Positions 19,733 to 30,599 of a DNA stretch of 64,000 nt are shown in pieces. Position 1 is the first letter of the stretch. Each line of letters starts with the position of its first letter. The stretch spans positions 1-64,000 of the IMG/VR virus record IMGVR_UViG_3300017917_003339; one strand, written 5' to 3'. A program made the position numbers and the translations under genes. The DNA comes from a virus. The notes beneath the pieces are model-generated. The model saw only the letters and a list, made by a program, of their open reading frames with translations. It ran no database searches and was not told the origin of the DNA.

Positions 19733-20668
19733 TTATTTTTCTAACCACAAAAAATCATGGCTAATTTTTGTGTCATACAAGCAAAATTCTACGATAACCT
19801 TTTCGTATTCCATACCATTTCTGGTCAAATGCAATTTGGTTCGTTGTACATCATGCTTAACTTTCTCATAGTTAACATCATACCATCTGAGTGTCATCAT
19901 GTTAACAAACATTCCGTTGTCCAACTTCTTAAAGTAGTTTCTGGACAAGTGAGCATTGTTAATCTCTGCCAATTCTTGAAGTCTTGGTTTCTGGTCTTCC
20001 GTTATAATACAACCAATATGTGCTTCAAAGTAACAATCCTTTGGCATCGGGGCATCACCAACTGGAGCAGCTGGGTGCCATGGCACTGTTTCAATCTTCT
20101 TGCGGACAACCTTAAAACCTTGGCTTTCTAACACACTTTCAATCTTTAAACATTCATTGTAAGCCCCAGTGTTGGTACCGAAAAAGTGTGATGATGTCAT
20201 TACGTCACGCATAACGCTTTGACCTTTGTTCTCTAAATCTAAGATGATTGGTTTAACTGGGGTTGCTGAATTTATCAACCCACAGATACCTCTGAATCTA
20301 TCTTCTTGACCTTCTTTCAATTGTACCGTAACATGTATCTCAAATGGAATCATGTCGTCAACTTGGGATTCTTTGTATTGAATACCTTGCCATTTTTCCG
20401 CTTTTAAGCGCATTGTTTCTTCGATTTCCTCGTGGGAATACCCTAACTCATATGCGATGGAGATAGCGGTTAAAATCACGTCTACTGACTCTTCTAGGAT
20501 TCTACCTTTCTCTATGAATCTGTGGATTGTACCAGCAGCATTGTCAAAAGGCAATACCACCTTGGCCAACTCACCAGATTCCTCAGCAACCTTAAGTGCT
20601 TTTTGAGATAGCGTTTTCTTGTCAGCTAGTGAAAGTCTTTGTATATAGTCTAATAACTTGAATTCCAT
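19733..20668 (-). CDS. MazG-like nucleotide pyrophosphohydrolase domain fused to unknown domain
   Basis: KVAEESGELAK...EESVDV. Confidence 0.7.
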   Translation of the reverse strand: MEFKLLDYIQRLSLADKKTLSQKALKVAEESGELAKVVLPFDNAAGTIHRFIEKGRILEESVDVILTAISIAYELGYSHEEIEETMRLKAEKWQGIQYKESQVDDMIPFEIHVTVQLKEGQEDRFRGICGLINSATPVKPIILDLENKGQSVMRDVMTSSHFFGTNTGAYNECLKIESVLESQGFKVVRKKIETVPWHPAAPVGDAPMPKDCYFEAHIGCIITEDQKPRLQELAEINNAHLSRNYFKKLDNGMFVNMMTLRWYDVNYEKVKHDVQRTKLHLTRNGMEYEKVIVEFCLYDTKISHDFLWLEK

Positions 20669-21651
20669 TAGAATCTTTCCCCTTTTAAACCTTCATAACT
20701 TGAATGACTGTTAATGGCTAGGATGGCTAAACCAATTTGTTTTGCCATAGATACCACTTTTATCTTAGGGATACCGTAACCTATAGGTTCGTTACCCTTA
20801 TCCAACGAATCACTGATAACCAATTCGGTAAGAACTGATTTTTCAATACGACCCAAAGCAGGACCAGACAACACGCCATGGCTGATAATTGCTCTAACGC
20901 TGTTGGCACCAGCTTCCATGATAACTTCAGCGGCTTTACATAGTGTACCAGCGGTATCAACCATATCATCCAATATGATTACGTCTTTGCCAGTTACATC
21001 ACCGATGATAACCATTTCATCAATTACGTTAGCTTGTTTACGTGTTTTATCAAGCATTACATAGTTAATAGCAATATCATGATATTTACCCAATTGGTCT
21101 TTCATGCGCTTAACGCGTTTACCAGAACCAGCATCAGGACCACACAAGATTGTATTCTCGTTGTAGATGCTAGCGATGTAGCTATCGAAAATGTTTTTAC
21201 CTTCCAAGTGTGTTATTGGAATGTTGAAGAACCCTTGGATTTGGTCAGCATGTAAGTCAAATGTAACCACACCTGTGGCACCACGATGCTCAATCATTTC
21301 AGCCATAACCTTTGCACCGATTGGACCACGAGATTGGTCTTTCTTGTCTTGGCGAGCATAAGGAAAGTAAGGTAAGATAGGGATAATCTCTTTGGCGGCA
21401 GCACGCTTAGCAGCATCTATCGCCAAATTGAGTTTGATAATCTCATCTGAGTTGTTAGGGCTTGTCAGCAAGTAAACACGTTTACCTCTGATTGAATTGC
21501 AGAAATCAACACATAATTCACCATCGGAAAATTTTTGTGAATTGGCATAATCAACAAAAATTGGGTCTGTAGACTTTTCTCGAATTGATTTGATAATCGC
21601 TTCGGCCAATTTTTGTCTGTCATCAATTGATATAAGGACTGATTCTAACAT
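20668..21651 (-). CDS. prs: Ribose-phosphate pyrophosphokinase
   Basis: FSDGE, PYFPYARQDKK, DLHADQIQGFF, PDAG, DDMVDTAGTL. Confidence 0.93.
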   Translation of the reverse strand: MLESVLISIDDRQKLAEAIIKSIREKSTDPIFVDYANSQKFSDGELCVDFCNSIRGKRVYLLTSPNNSDEIIKLNLAIDAAKRAAAKEIIPILPYFPYARQDKKDQSRGPIGAKVMAEMIEHRGATGVVTFDLHADQIQGFFNIPITHLEGKNIFDSYIASIYNENTILCGPDAGSGKRVKRMKDQLGKYHDIAINYVMLDKTRKQANVIDEMVIIGDVTGKDVIILDDMVDTAGTLCKAAEVIMEAGANSVRAIISHGVLSGPALGRIEKSVLTELVISDSLDKGNEPIGYGIPKIKVVSMAKQIGLAILAINSHSSYEGLKGERF

Positions 21652-21887
21652 AAGTTGTAATTTTTAGCAAAGATACAAAATAAAAAATGAATAACCAAGC
21701 GGTTATTCATCTTTTTTTAATTTTTTGCTAATCCAGTAGGCTCCATATGCGATAGCGGCTGCTATTGCTATGTATTTTACAAGATGAACAAAGATTACCA
21801 CACCAACAAATATCATCTTAAAGACGATAATAAGCAGCAATGCTGCCAAAAAGAATAAAATTAGTTTAAGTTTCATATTTTTTGTTT

Positions 21888-22244
21888 TTAATCAATTTTT
21901 TTCCACACTCTATCGTGCCATTTTGTCTTGTATGTCCCTAACTCATAGCTACCATTGTACAACACAATGTCAAGCGCTGTTGGTAGTTCGGAATACAATT
22001 TATCCCATTCAGCTTTCTGTTCTTCTGAAAAACCCTCCGTTTGTATTTTGAAAGTTTTTTCTTCATCCCTGAAACCATTTAGAATTATGTCTATGGCTTC
22101 ATAAATGGTGTCTTCACCGAACGGTGGTATATAATCTTCACCATCGTTATGCATGTTAACTATAAAACCGTCTTTTAGGCTCCAACGTAAATTTTTTAAG
22201 AGTTTTACGTGTTCCTCTTTTAATTCAAATTTAATTACGCTCAT
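21888..22244 (-). CDS. Hypothetical protein
   Basis: ORF in operon. Confidence 0.55.
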   Translation of the reverse strand: MSVIKFELKEEHVKLLKNLRWSLKDGFIVNMHNDGEDYIPPFGEDTIYEAIDIILNGFRDEEKTFKIQTEGFSEEQKAEWDKLYSELPTALDIVLYNGSYELGTYKTKWHDRVWKKID

Positions 22245-22999
22245 TACTCGTCGTTTTTATCACTTCCAATGGCTTGAACCATTAGATTATTAACCAATTC
22301 TGTTACCCCTTCAACAGCACCCTTTTCAATGTAAGTGATGTTAAGTTCTGGGTACTCCAACCCTAACGATTTTGTTGGCGCTGGGTCGACAAAATAGATA
22401 GGCACATCTCGTTTACACTTTTCAAAAAAGTTATAAGTGTAACCAATATTCATACTGGTACCAATCACAATGATTATGTCAGCTTCAATAAACGCTTCTA
22501 ACGCATTGTAAAAGAAAAACGGAAACTCACCAAACCAAACAATGTGTGGTCTTAACTGTGAACCGTATTCTTCATCCTTATCACCAATGTTTATATCATC
22601 GTAACCAATATCATAAACCTTTTGTGTTGCAACTAATAGTGGGTTGTCCATACCAAAACATGTTCTAGCCTTAGTCAACTCACCGTGTAAGTGTAAGATT
22701 TTAGTTGAACCCGCTCTTTCGTGTAGGTCGTCTACGTTTTGTGTGACAATCGTTACATCATACTCTGATTCAAGTGTAACCAACGCTTTGTGGGCATCGT
22801 TAGGATGAACAGTTGGTAACTGTCTACGTCTTGCGTTGTAGAAATCCAATACCTTAGAACGGTCTTTTCTCCAACCTTCTGGTGTGGCAACTTCATCAAT
22901 CTTAAAGTTTTCCCACAACCCATCCTTGGTATCCCTAAACGTATCGATACCAGACTCTTTGCTGACTCCAGCACCTGTAAATATAACTACCTTTTTCAT
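22244..22999 (-). CDS. Sir2/CobB-family NAD-dependent deacylase
   Basis: TGAGVSKESGIDTFR, TQNVDDLHERAG, HLHG, RPHIVWFGE, GTS. Confidence 0.93.
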   Translation of the reverse strand: MKKVVIFTGAGVSKESGIDTFRDTKDGLWENFKIDEVATPEGWRKDRSKVLDFYNARRRQLPTVHPNDAHKALVTLESEYDVTIVTQNVDDLHERAGSTKILHLHGELTKARTCFGMDNPLLVATQKVYDIGYDDINIGDKDEEYGSQLRPHIVWFGEFPFFFYNALEAFIEADIIIVIGTSMNIGYTYNFFEKCKRDVPIYFVDPAPTKSLGLEYPELNITYIEKGAVEGVTELVNNLMVQAIGSDKNDE

Positions 23000-23301
23000 T
23001 ATCTAAGGGTTCTAATGAACGCCAAGGTTCTTAGAAATAATCTAAGTGTTATGAAAAAACCACCAACAAAACCAAAGTCATACCATGCTCCGTTGTTACG
23101 TACTGCATATATCGCCACATCGTCCCATATAAGACTACCAATAAAAGATGGGAACATAATCAAACCATGCCATGTTCCACCCCAGAACCCGTATACATGC
23201 TCGTCAGGGTTCGTGAAAGTCACATGTGCTGCATCAGCACATCCAGTGAATAACATTGCTGCCAGCAACGCTATAATTACTACTAAAATTCTTTTTTTCA
23301 T
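22999..23301 (-). CDS. Small membrane lipoprotein
   Basis: Lipobox-like FTGC; GFWGGTWHG, NNGAWYDFGF. Confidence 0.65.
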   Translation of the reverse strand: MKKRILVVIIALLAAMLFTGCADAAHVTFTNPDEHVYGFWGGTWHGLIMFPSFIGSLIWDDVAIYAVRNNGAWYDFGFVGGFFITLRLFLRTLAFIRTLR

Positions 23302-23684
23302 TCGTCTAATAATTTTTTAAGTCTTTTTTTAACTTCTTGTTTTACCCTTTCTTCAAAGGTTCTACTCATTACATTTTCAATGACTTCTTGAGTAATTTTG
23401 TTTATTTTGTTATCAACGTGTTGTCTTAAAGATAACTCAAATTCATTTAGTTTTTTATCAAGTTCACGCTTAAGGTATTCTTTCTTACATTCAATCTCAT
23501 CACTTGTCATTGAACTAAAATGTAAGTCAATAAATTTATTCAACTCTTCTTTGAGTTCTATTGGTGTGATAACCATTGTATCACCCTTTTGGTTTTCAAA
23601 ACTTATTGTTTTCTTTTCAAATGGTAACCATGTGTCATCGATTCTTAACTTATTAAATTCTTTTAATTTAGATATTCTCGCCAT
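23298..23684 (-). CDS. Hypothetical coiled-coil protein
   Basis: ORF in operon. Confidence 0.5.
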   Translation of the reverse strand: MARISKLKEFNKLRIDDTWLPFEKKTISFENQKGDTMVITPIELKEELNKFIDLHFSSMTSDEIECKKEYLKRELDKKLNEFELSLRQHVDNKINKITQEVIENVMSRTFEERVKQEVKKRLKKLLDE

Positions 23685-24111
23685 AATGGTTAAACATTAA
23701 CTCATAAACCTCAGCCCATTCTGTTTCGGCATCAAAACCAGCCTTGTCTTCAAACAAAACATTCATGTAAGGTTTTTTATCGTAATTGCCATAACCCTTA
23801 AGGTCTGTGACAACTTCTGGATTTTCATTCACATACTTAAAATGAATGTTATTCTCTTCAAACAATTGAAGATATTCTTCAACTTCATTTGGGTGAGAAC
23901 ATGTGTATATCACCATTTCAACATCTGGCAATTTGCTTAAATATTGCAAGGTCTCTTTGGCCATTGGGTAAAATTCCTTTGGAACATTACCTGCCTTGTA
24001 ATTTGGTCTTAGTATTGTACTATGAATGTCAAAAAACCAAAATGTTTTGTCCCACCCTCTTTGACTCTTAAGGTCAAAATGATTGATTTGAATTGCTCTT
24101 GTTATGCTCAT
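23668..24111 (-). CDS. HAD-like protein
   Basis: FDIHST, YTCS, FEDKAGF. Confidence 0.65.
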   Translation of the reverse strand: MSITRAIQINHFDLKSQRGWDKTFWFFDIHSTILRPNYKAGNVPKEFYPMAKETLQYLSKLPDVEMVIYTCSHPNEVEEYLQLFEENNIHFKYVNENPEVVTDLKGYGNYDKKPYMNVLFEDKAGFDAETEWAEVYELMFNHYGENI

Positions 24112-24290
24112 AATTTGTATAATTGTCTAAAATCAACTACTTTCATTGAATAATACGTATCTCCTTGTTTGAAGAATACGGTGTCGCCAATTTGTGTTGT
24201 GTTTTTAGGTTCCCATTTTTCCAACACACTTATTGGTAACACGGTTTCGCCTTCATTGGCTACACCAACTTTAATCGACTGTTCCGCCAT
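24108..24290 (-). CDS. Hypothetical protein
   Basis: Short coupled ORF. Confidence 0.45.
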   Translation of the reverse strand: MAEQSIKVGVANEGETVLPISVLEKWEPKNTTQIGDTVFFKQGDTYYSMKVVDFRQLYKL

Positions 24291-24858
24291 TAGTATCGTT
24301 TAAAAATTTTATTATTTTCTCTTTGACCCCAGATTGTTTAATACCCTCATAGAGTCTTGGTGTGTGAACAAAGTTCTTAAGTCCATAAACCAAATTACCG
24401 TCAGGTGTTATGTATTCACCAAGTTGCATATCATCTACCGCCACCCAAGATTCAACTTGGTTGTTTTTAAGCCAATGGTCAATCTCAAGAATTCTAGCAC
24501 GTTCATACCAACCCTTGTACATAAACATAGCACCAGCCAATTCATCAAAATCGCTAAGTTTAGGTGTTAGTGCTATGGGTTTTTTTATAATGCCTTGTGA
24601 TTCATAAAAAATACCTAATTCTTCTAAATTAGCCCATCTTTTCCAATCAGAAGAAACAACTATTTCAGCACCAGTTTTTTCAAGGATTTCATTAAGAACC
24701 TTTATGGCTTTTTTGTTGAAATTATCAAATCGTTCTATAACTGGAATAGACCCGTCGGCTATTGTTTGCCCAACACTTCTATTTTGTTTCTTGAATCGGC
24801 TACCAAATTCACTACCTAAACATATAACCCCATCGTGGTCTAAAAATATAACTTTCAT
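24271..24858 (-). CDS. HAD-domain protein (Swiss-Army-Knife RNA repair type)
   Basis: IFLDHDGV, VSSDW, VAVDD. Confidence 0.8.
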   Translation of the reverse strand: MKVIFLDHDGVICLGSEFGSRFKKQNRSVGQTIADGSIPVIERFDNFNKKAIKVLNEILEKTGAEIVVSSDWKRWANLEELGIFYESQGIIKKPIALTPKLSDFDELAGAMFMYKGWYERARILEIDHWLKNNQVESWVAVDDMQLGEYITPDGNLVYGLKNFVHTPRLYEGIKQSGVKEKIIKFLNDTNGGTVD

Positions 24859-24904
24859 AAAAAAATAAATTCGTACCGCAAAGATACGAATTTATTTTGA
24901 AAAA

Positions 24905-25159
24905 TCAAAGCTTTATTACGATTATTTCCATTGTCCCTCTTTGTTCAAAAGTTTCCACGAATTCAACCCATTTGTCGTCATCTATTTCAAACAAATCTGA
25001 TTCTAATTCTAAACCTATTTCATTTAGAGAATCTTCATAGGTATTCTCCCAATAATCACCATCGTGAATTACCTTTAAAAGCTCTAATACTTCTTTTCTA
25101 TTCTCTAACTTAGCAACATTGAAATGGCCATTGCCATCCATACATACACAGGCTACCAT
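24905..25159 (-). CDS. Hypothetical protein
   Basis: ORF in operon. Confidence 0.5.
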   Translation of the reverse strand: MVACVCMDGNGHFNVAKLENRKEVLELLKVIHDGDYWENTYEDSLNEIGLELESDLFEIDDDKWVEFVETFEQRGTMEIIVIKL

Positions 25160-25824
25160 TATGGAACATATTTTACAACCGTAACATCTTCACCGTTCAG
25201 TTCCTCTTGGATTATCCTTTCAATGATATTCCAATCACCACCAGCCAATCCAGCGCCAATCATCGGCAACCCGAATTTCTTGCCACTAAACTTAGCTTTC
25301 ATGGCAGCTAAGGACTTGCGTAAAGCTGTGTAATCTAAGTCCATTCTACCTTGCAAACGTCCCTTGTAGTCAAATTGACCATACAAGTTTACAACGATGG
25401 GTGTTGTGTTCTCAGTGTAGGTAATGGTTCCTAGCTTGTCTTGGTCACCAGAATTGGTGGTGCAATCAACAGCGTAAGCCTCAGGGAACTTATGTTTAAT
25501 TTGTGGGGCTATACCAGCACCCATTGTACAAAAGCAGTTGCAACAGTGTGCGATAACTTCGTACTGGTCAGCGTCGCGAACTAAATCGCCTTCTACATAC
25601 TTTATCATACTCAATACAGGTTTTGTTAAGTCTCGGTATAAGAACACAGTCTCAACACTGTATCGTCTTAAACCGTTAATTATTGTTGGATTCAATACTG
25701 AATCAATTGTTTTCAATCGGTGTTTTCCGATTTTAAGGATTTTTTTTACTTGGCCGCTTCTTAGCGTTTTGTATCTCCCAGTCTTTTTGATTAGGAAATC
25801 GTCTTTTTTCAACTCGTTAACCAT
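25159..25824 (-). CDS. Macrodomain protein (ADP-ribose binding/hydrolase); domain begins near MIKYVEGDL
   Basis: AHCCNCFCTMGAGIA, NLYGQ, PMIGAGLAGGDW. Confidence 0.88.
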   Translation of the reverse strand: MVNELKKDDFLIKKTGRYKTLRSGQVKKILKIGKHRLKTIDSVLNPTIINGLRRYSVETVFLYRDLTKPVLSMIKYVEGDLVRDADQYEVIAHCCNCFCTMGAGIAPQIKHKFPEAYAVDCTTNSGDQDKLGTITYTENTTPIVVNLYGQFDYKGRLQGRMDLDYTALRKSLAAMKAKFSGKKFGLPMIGAGLAGGDWNIIERIIQEELNGEDVTVVKYVP

Positions 25825-26302
25825 TTTGTTCTTTTTTTATAGTTTCACGTACTTTCATGATGGCTTCACCAAGCCAGTTGGTTCCTTTCCATTTTGACTT
25901 GTCAAGGATGTGTGGGTCTGTTTCATGTAACCCTATACCCCAAATGGTATCGTAAGGACTAGCTTCAACTAATTCTCTATCGCCAGTTTTTAACAACTCC
26001 GATTTCATTTTAGGGTTTTGTGTGAACTTAGCGTAGTTTGCTTCGTAAACGATTTCACGACATACAGCTTCCCATTGGTCTTTGTCAAACCCCTTAACTT
26101 TTCTACCCAAGGCTTTTTGTTCTTTTGGACCTTTGGTTTCCATGATTTCTTTGTAAGAATCAACATCACCAAACAACAAGGCTTTTTTGGCCATCATGTA
26201 TTGCTCACAGCAATTGTATTTAACTCCGTCGATTGTAAACTCTGAGGGACACCATTGGCTAAACGTGCCACCCCAGAAGAATACGTATTTGTCTGTTTTC
26301 AT
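25817..26302 (-). CDS. NADAR-family protein (YbiA-like)
   Basis: FSQW, EQYMMAKKA, KFTQN, EASPYDTIWGIG, GTNWLG. Confidence 0.92.
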   Translation of the reverse strand: MKTDKYVFFWGGTFSQWCPSEFTIDGVKYNCCEQYMMAKKALLFGDVDSYKEIMETKGPKEQKALGRKVKGFDKDQWEAVCREIVYEANYAKFTQNPKMKSELLKTGDRELVEASPYDTIWGIGLHETDPHILDKSKWKGTNWLGEAIMKVRETIKKEQNG

Positions 26303-26916
26303 TATTCAGATAAAGATTTAAAGTGTCTTTTACCGATTTCGTCATAAGCGTTAGCCACAAGGCTGTACGTATACTCGAATAATCGTCTAAAAGGGTTGTT
26401 CAACAAAGTTGCTAACAATGACAACGGCCAATAAGAAATCCAAGCTACAATAGCTGATTTGTTTTCACTACCTATTGGCACGACTTTTATTTTTAACTCA
26501 GCCATTGATTTAACATTGTAACTCCAGATACTTAACCCATTATCTTTAAGCCTATCGCATAACATGGATATATGATTATCATTTTTTTCATCAAAGTCAG
26601 GTCGGTCTATAATTAACTTGGCTTTTGTTCTTTTGAAAATGTTAATTTTACGTTTAACAAATTCATTCCACTTCAAGAATGACCAAATTACACCTGCGAC
26701 TAAATACCCTAACACAAATAGTGTTGTGGATGCATAATCGTTCTTCACGAATTCCCAGACATCACGTCCGTAATTCCATAACAACAAAGCTAATGCAATA
26801 CTTACTGCGGTTGTTGCTACCCCTTCTTTTTCTACCTCTAGTGAAATCATTGTCACTATGGCCGCTACTATACCTACTATAAGTATTACATAGCTATTTG
26901 CTAAAATTTCTAACAT
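26302..26916 (-). CDS. Membrane protein
   Basis: Several TM helices. Confidence 0.6.
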   Translation of the reverse strand: MLEILANSYVILIVGIVAAIVTMISLEVEKEGVATTAVSIALALLLWNYGRDVWEFVKNDYASTTLFVLGYLVAGVIWSFLKWNEFVKRKINIFKRTKAKLIIDRPDFDEKNDNHISMLCDRLKDNGLSIWSYNVKSMAELKIKVVPIGSENKSAIVAWISYWPLSLLATLLNNPFRRLFEYTYSLVANAYDEIGKRHFKSLSE

Positions 26917-27145
26917 CTCTAATGTGTGTTAATATTGGTTTATAAATAATTTTTAACCCTAAGAGTTTTAATAAGTCGGTAATAGTTGATAATTCGTGTT
27001 TAAGAATTGGGGTGTTTTCTATAAATTCAATTATGGGTTCAAAATCATTTGAATATTTATCAAACTTTATAAAAACACCCCTATCTTCCAATCTGATTGT
27101 AACGTTATTACCGAGTAACGTTTCAGCAGATACATCTTTAATCAT
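26894..27145 (-). CDS. Hypothetical protein
   Basis: ORF in operon. Confidence 0.45.
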   Translation of the reverse strand: MIKDVSAETLLGNNVTIRLEDRGVFIKFDKYSNDFEPIIEFIENTPILKHELSTITDLLKLLGLKIIYKPILTHIRDVRNFSK

Positions 27146-27150
27146 ACGTA

Positions 27151-28713
27151 TTAAACTAATTTGGCACGTTCTCTAACCTCTTCAAAGGTCCATTCTTGGG
27201 TTAGTTTACCCATGTTAAACACTTCTACTAATTCGTCTTTTACAGTCTCAAAATCAGGTTCAGCTGATGTTACAGTTCTGTATGTACCATCATCGTTTTT
27301 AACCAATTTCAATCGACCTTTTTTAGACTTCTTGAATGAGCGAGTAATATTACCGTCAGCATCCATTTCAGTTGGTGATTTAACCACGTCGACCTCTTTA
27401 CCATCCAACACAGCAAAGCATGCTTTGGTTGCGAAGTTTTGAGTATCACGGTCAATACCAGCTTGTAGCAATTTACCACCCATACCCAACGCTAAGTTCT
27501 CTGGAGAAATCTTTTCTTCTTCAAGCAACGCGTAGATTTCTTTGATAGATTCCAAGTTGATACCATCACCTTGAATCACACGTACTTGTGGTGGCAATAC
27601 TTTGTAACCTTTATCGTTTACAGTGTAACCGAATTTGTCAAAAAGAATACGGAAAATCTCTCTAAGTGAGTTGATTACGTGTCCAGAATCAGGACGGATA
27701 ACGAGTTGGTTGCCAGGCTCGGCAGGTCTAGAAAGGATAAGGTCTTTCAATTCACCACCCCAATAATCAGAACATGCTCTAAAGATGTTAAATGAGTCAG
27801 AAACACAAGCCACAAGCCCAGTTGGGAACAATGTCAATACGCGTTTCATCATTTCAATTTCACCATCTTCACCTCTAAGTGTCATGATTGAGTGTTCAGT
27901 TGCAGGGATTGACAAACCATAAACGGTGTCAGTGTTGTAGTTTTCTACAATGTACTTAGAGCCCATTAGCGTGTCTGAACCTCTAAAGTTTACAAGGTGA
28001 GCAGAACCACCAATACCCGCTGATTCAACAGAAGATACACCTCTGAAACCGAAGTCATTCAATACGAAATCTACAAGGAAACTTCTAAGAGCATCATCGT
28101 AAGATGTGCAGTTTTTGAACGCTTCGTCAACAATTTTACGAACTTCTCTTGAAAGAGTAGCTACAGTGATAGGATACCACACTTGTAAAAGGATTGTTTC
28201 TAAGAAGTTAGTTAACCAAGCACACTCTGGGTCAAGGCTTTCGATAATCATAAGTACGTTGTGTGTACCTACTACAGTCCCCTCAGGAACAGCTTTGATG
28301 CTTACTGGCAAACGACCATCGTATTTGTCAACGATGTAGTCAAATTTACGTCTGTCAAATACATCGTCACGACCAAACACACCATGTTTGGTTCCAAGAT
28401 AATCATACGCTTCATCAATTTCCTCACGTGTGATAGCTAAACCCTCTAGGTATCGTTTCATGATGATTTGAAGACCGTAGAATACAGTTTCTGAGAATTT
28501 ACCACCTCTTGATTCCAAATAGGAAACCATTTTGGTCATTTCAGTACCGTAAAACTCATGATGCGAATACTTGTAAGCATCAGAACAAAGAATTAAATTC
28601 TCTGGTTTTTCTAGGATTTTAGCAATTGGTTTTGCTAAGGATTCAACCAACGCCATGTCGTTGATTTCAATCGCTTCCCTAAGTCGCTCAATAAGATATT
28701 TTTTTAGTCTCAT
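27151..28713 (-). CDS. nadV: Nicotinamide phosphoribosyltransferase (Nampt/NadV)
   Basis: DAYKYSH, DFGFRG, GSDT, SIPATEHS, VIRPDSG, IQGDG. Confidence 0.92.
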   Translation of the reverse strand: MRLKKYLIERLREAIEINDMALVESLAKPIAKILEKPENLILCSDAYKYSHHEFYGTEMTKMVSYLESRGGKFSETVFYGLQIIMKRYLEGLAITREEIDEAYDYLGTKHGVFGRDDVFDRRKFDYIVDKYDGRLPVSIKAVPEGTVVGTHNVLMIIESLDPECAWLTNFLETILLQVWYPITVATLSREVRKIVDEAFKNCTSYDDALRSFLVDFVLNDFGFRGVSSVESAGIGGSAHLVNFRGSDTLMGSKYIVENYNTDTVYGLSIPATEHSIMTLRGEDGEIEMMKRVLTLFPTGLVACVSDSFNIFRACSDYWGGELKDLILSRPAEPGNQLVIRPDSGHVINSLREIFRILFDKFGYTVNDKGYKVLPPQVRVIQGDGINLESIKEIYALLEEEKISPENLALGMGGKLLQAGIDRDTQNFATKACFAVLDGKEVDVVKSPTEMDADGNITRSFKKSKKGRLKLVKNDDGTYRTVTSAEPDFETVKDELVEVFNMGKLTQEWTFEEVRERAKLV

Positions 28714-28755
28714 ATTAATTAAAATTTATGCAAATATACAATTTTATTTTTGTTC

Positions 28756-29100
28756 CTACAAATTATTTGTGTTAATTATCAACACTTTTTTTCCTAGTTT
28801 TTCCGCTTTGGATATGGAATCCTTGGTACCCTTAGATTCCATATCCCAGAAAGCAACTACAAATTCAGCTTCTTCAATTATTTGAGTATTGCGTTTAAAA
28901 CCAGCTGATTTACCATACTTTTCCCAATCAGGTAAAAAGATTTTTGTCGGTATGTTGTTTTCGTTGGCAAAGCGCTCACCTAATTTGTCAGCACCAACAG
29001 CGCCACCGCTAACTATTTCGGTTATTTTTAACCCTGATAGCGTTTCAACAACTTTATCATAGTTGTTAAACCCTCTTGAACCAACCACAGCTACTTTCAT
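28756..29100 (-). CDS. SLOG-superfamily protein (DUF2493-like)
   Basis: VVGSR, VSGGAVGAD, GKSAGFKRN, AFWD..SKGT. Confidence 0.85.
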   Translation of the reverse strand: MKVAVVGSRGFNNYDKVVETLSGLKITEIVSGGAVGADKLGERFANENNIPTKIFLPDWEKYGKSAGFKRNTQIIEEAEFVVAFWDMESKGTKDSISKAEKLGKKVLIINTNNL

Positions 29101-30597
29101 TCTAACACACCATTTTCGTTTCTAACCGCAAAGTACTCTGTGGTTAACTTTGATGGTTCTTTAACCCCAGCAGCAGCCAATAACTCTTTCATTTCGTGCA
29201 TAACAGCCTTGTGGTAGTTGTACACCCTAACTTTTTTGTCTTCTGGGTTAAGACCCTTGATAAGAATTTTGTTTTGGGTTGCTATACCTACTGGGCATGT
29301 GTTTTTATTGCACTCTCTAGCTTGAATACATCCAAGGCTAAGCATGAACGCTCTAGCAGCGTTTACAATGTCAGCACCGTTGGCTCTTAGCTTAAGTATG
29401 TCATAAGCTGACGTGGCTTTACCAGAAGCTATAACTCTGATATCCTCTCTAAGTCCAAACAAAGACAATGTTTCATCAACATAACGCAACGCATCCATAA
29501 GTGGCATACCAACATGGTTGGTGAATACTATTGGAGCAGCACCAGTACCGCCTTCACCACCGTCAACTGTTATGAAATCTGGCCACATTTTATGAACAGC
29601 CATTTCATTACAAAGTCTTTTAAATTCATATTCATCACCCAAACACAATTTAATTCCGATTGGAAGACCATTGCTAAGGCTACGCAAACGTGCAATAAAG
29701 ATTAATAATTCTTTTGGATTTGAAAAAGCAGAGTGAAATGGTGGGCTTAACACATCAGTGTTTGGTTCTACACCACGAATATCCGCAATTTCTTGTGTAT
29801 TCTTGGCAGCTGGCAATATACCGCCGTGACCAGGTTTGGCCCCTTGTGACAGTTTAATTTCCACCAACTTAACGTTGGCTTTTTTGATAGAAGCTAAGAA
29901 TGCTTTCTCATCAAAAACTCTTTTACCATCAATGGTTTTACCAGCTCCAAAATACCCTGTACCTATTTGGAAACACAAATCACCACCGTTTTTGATATGG
30001 TATGGGGAAATCCCACCCTCACCAGTATTGTGATAAAATTGTCCCAACTTGGCACCACCATTCAAAGCCAACACAGCAGCGTTGGACAATGCGCCATAAC
30101 TCATGGCGCTGATATTGAAGATAGAAGCTGAATAAGGCTTCTTACAAAATTTTGAACCTATTTGTATTCTAGGGATTGTTACATCGTCAACAGATACTGG
30201 GTACATAGAATGTCTAAGGAATTCGTACCCTTTTTTGGTATACGTCTAGCTGAGTTCCAAATGGTGTGCTATTGACATCACCCTTGGCTTTTTGGTAAAC
30301 GTCAGAGCGTTTCTCTCTGTTGTAAGGCGTTCCGTTAGTATCGTGTTCAATAAAGTATTGCTGTATCTTTGAACGCTCGTGTTCAAAAACCCATCTAAGC
30401 CTACCCAATAGTGGATAGTTTCGTAACAACGCGTGTTTTGTTTGCATAATGTCGTGAATAACAACAACCAAACAAACAGCTGAAATAGTTGCCAAAGCCC
30501 ATAACACAGGACTTTGTAGGAAGTATGATGCAAATCCGAAGATAAACATCCAAGCGATAAAAAATGTCAGTATTTTATCTCTAGTAAGATTGCTCAT
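29097..30597 (-). pseudogene. FMN-binding glutamate synthase family protein split by a 1-nt frameshift (ORFs 30214-30597 and 29097-30206)
   Basis: N-part RNYPLLGRLR...VYQKAKG..PFGT; C-part SAMSYGALS, NTGEGG, EIKLSQGAKPGHGG, CPVGIATQ; removing one A from CAAAAAAGGG restores VYQKGYEFLRHSMYP. Confidence 0.8.
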
Positions 30598-30599
30598 GA

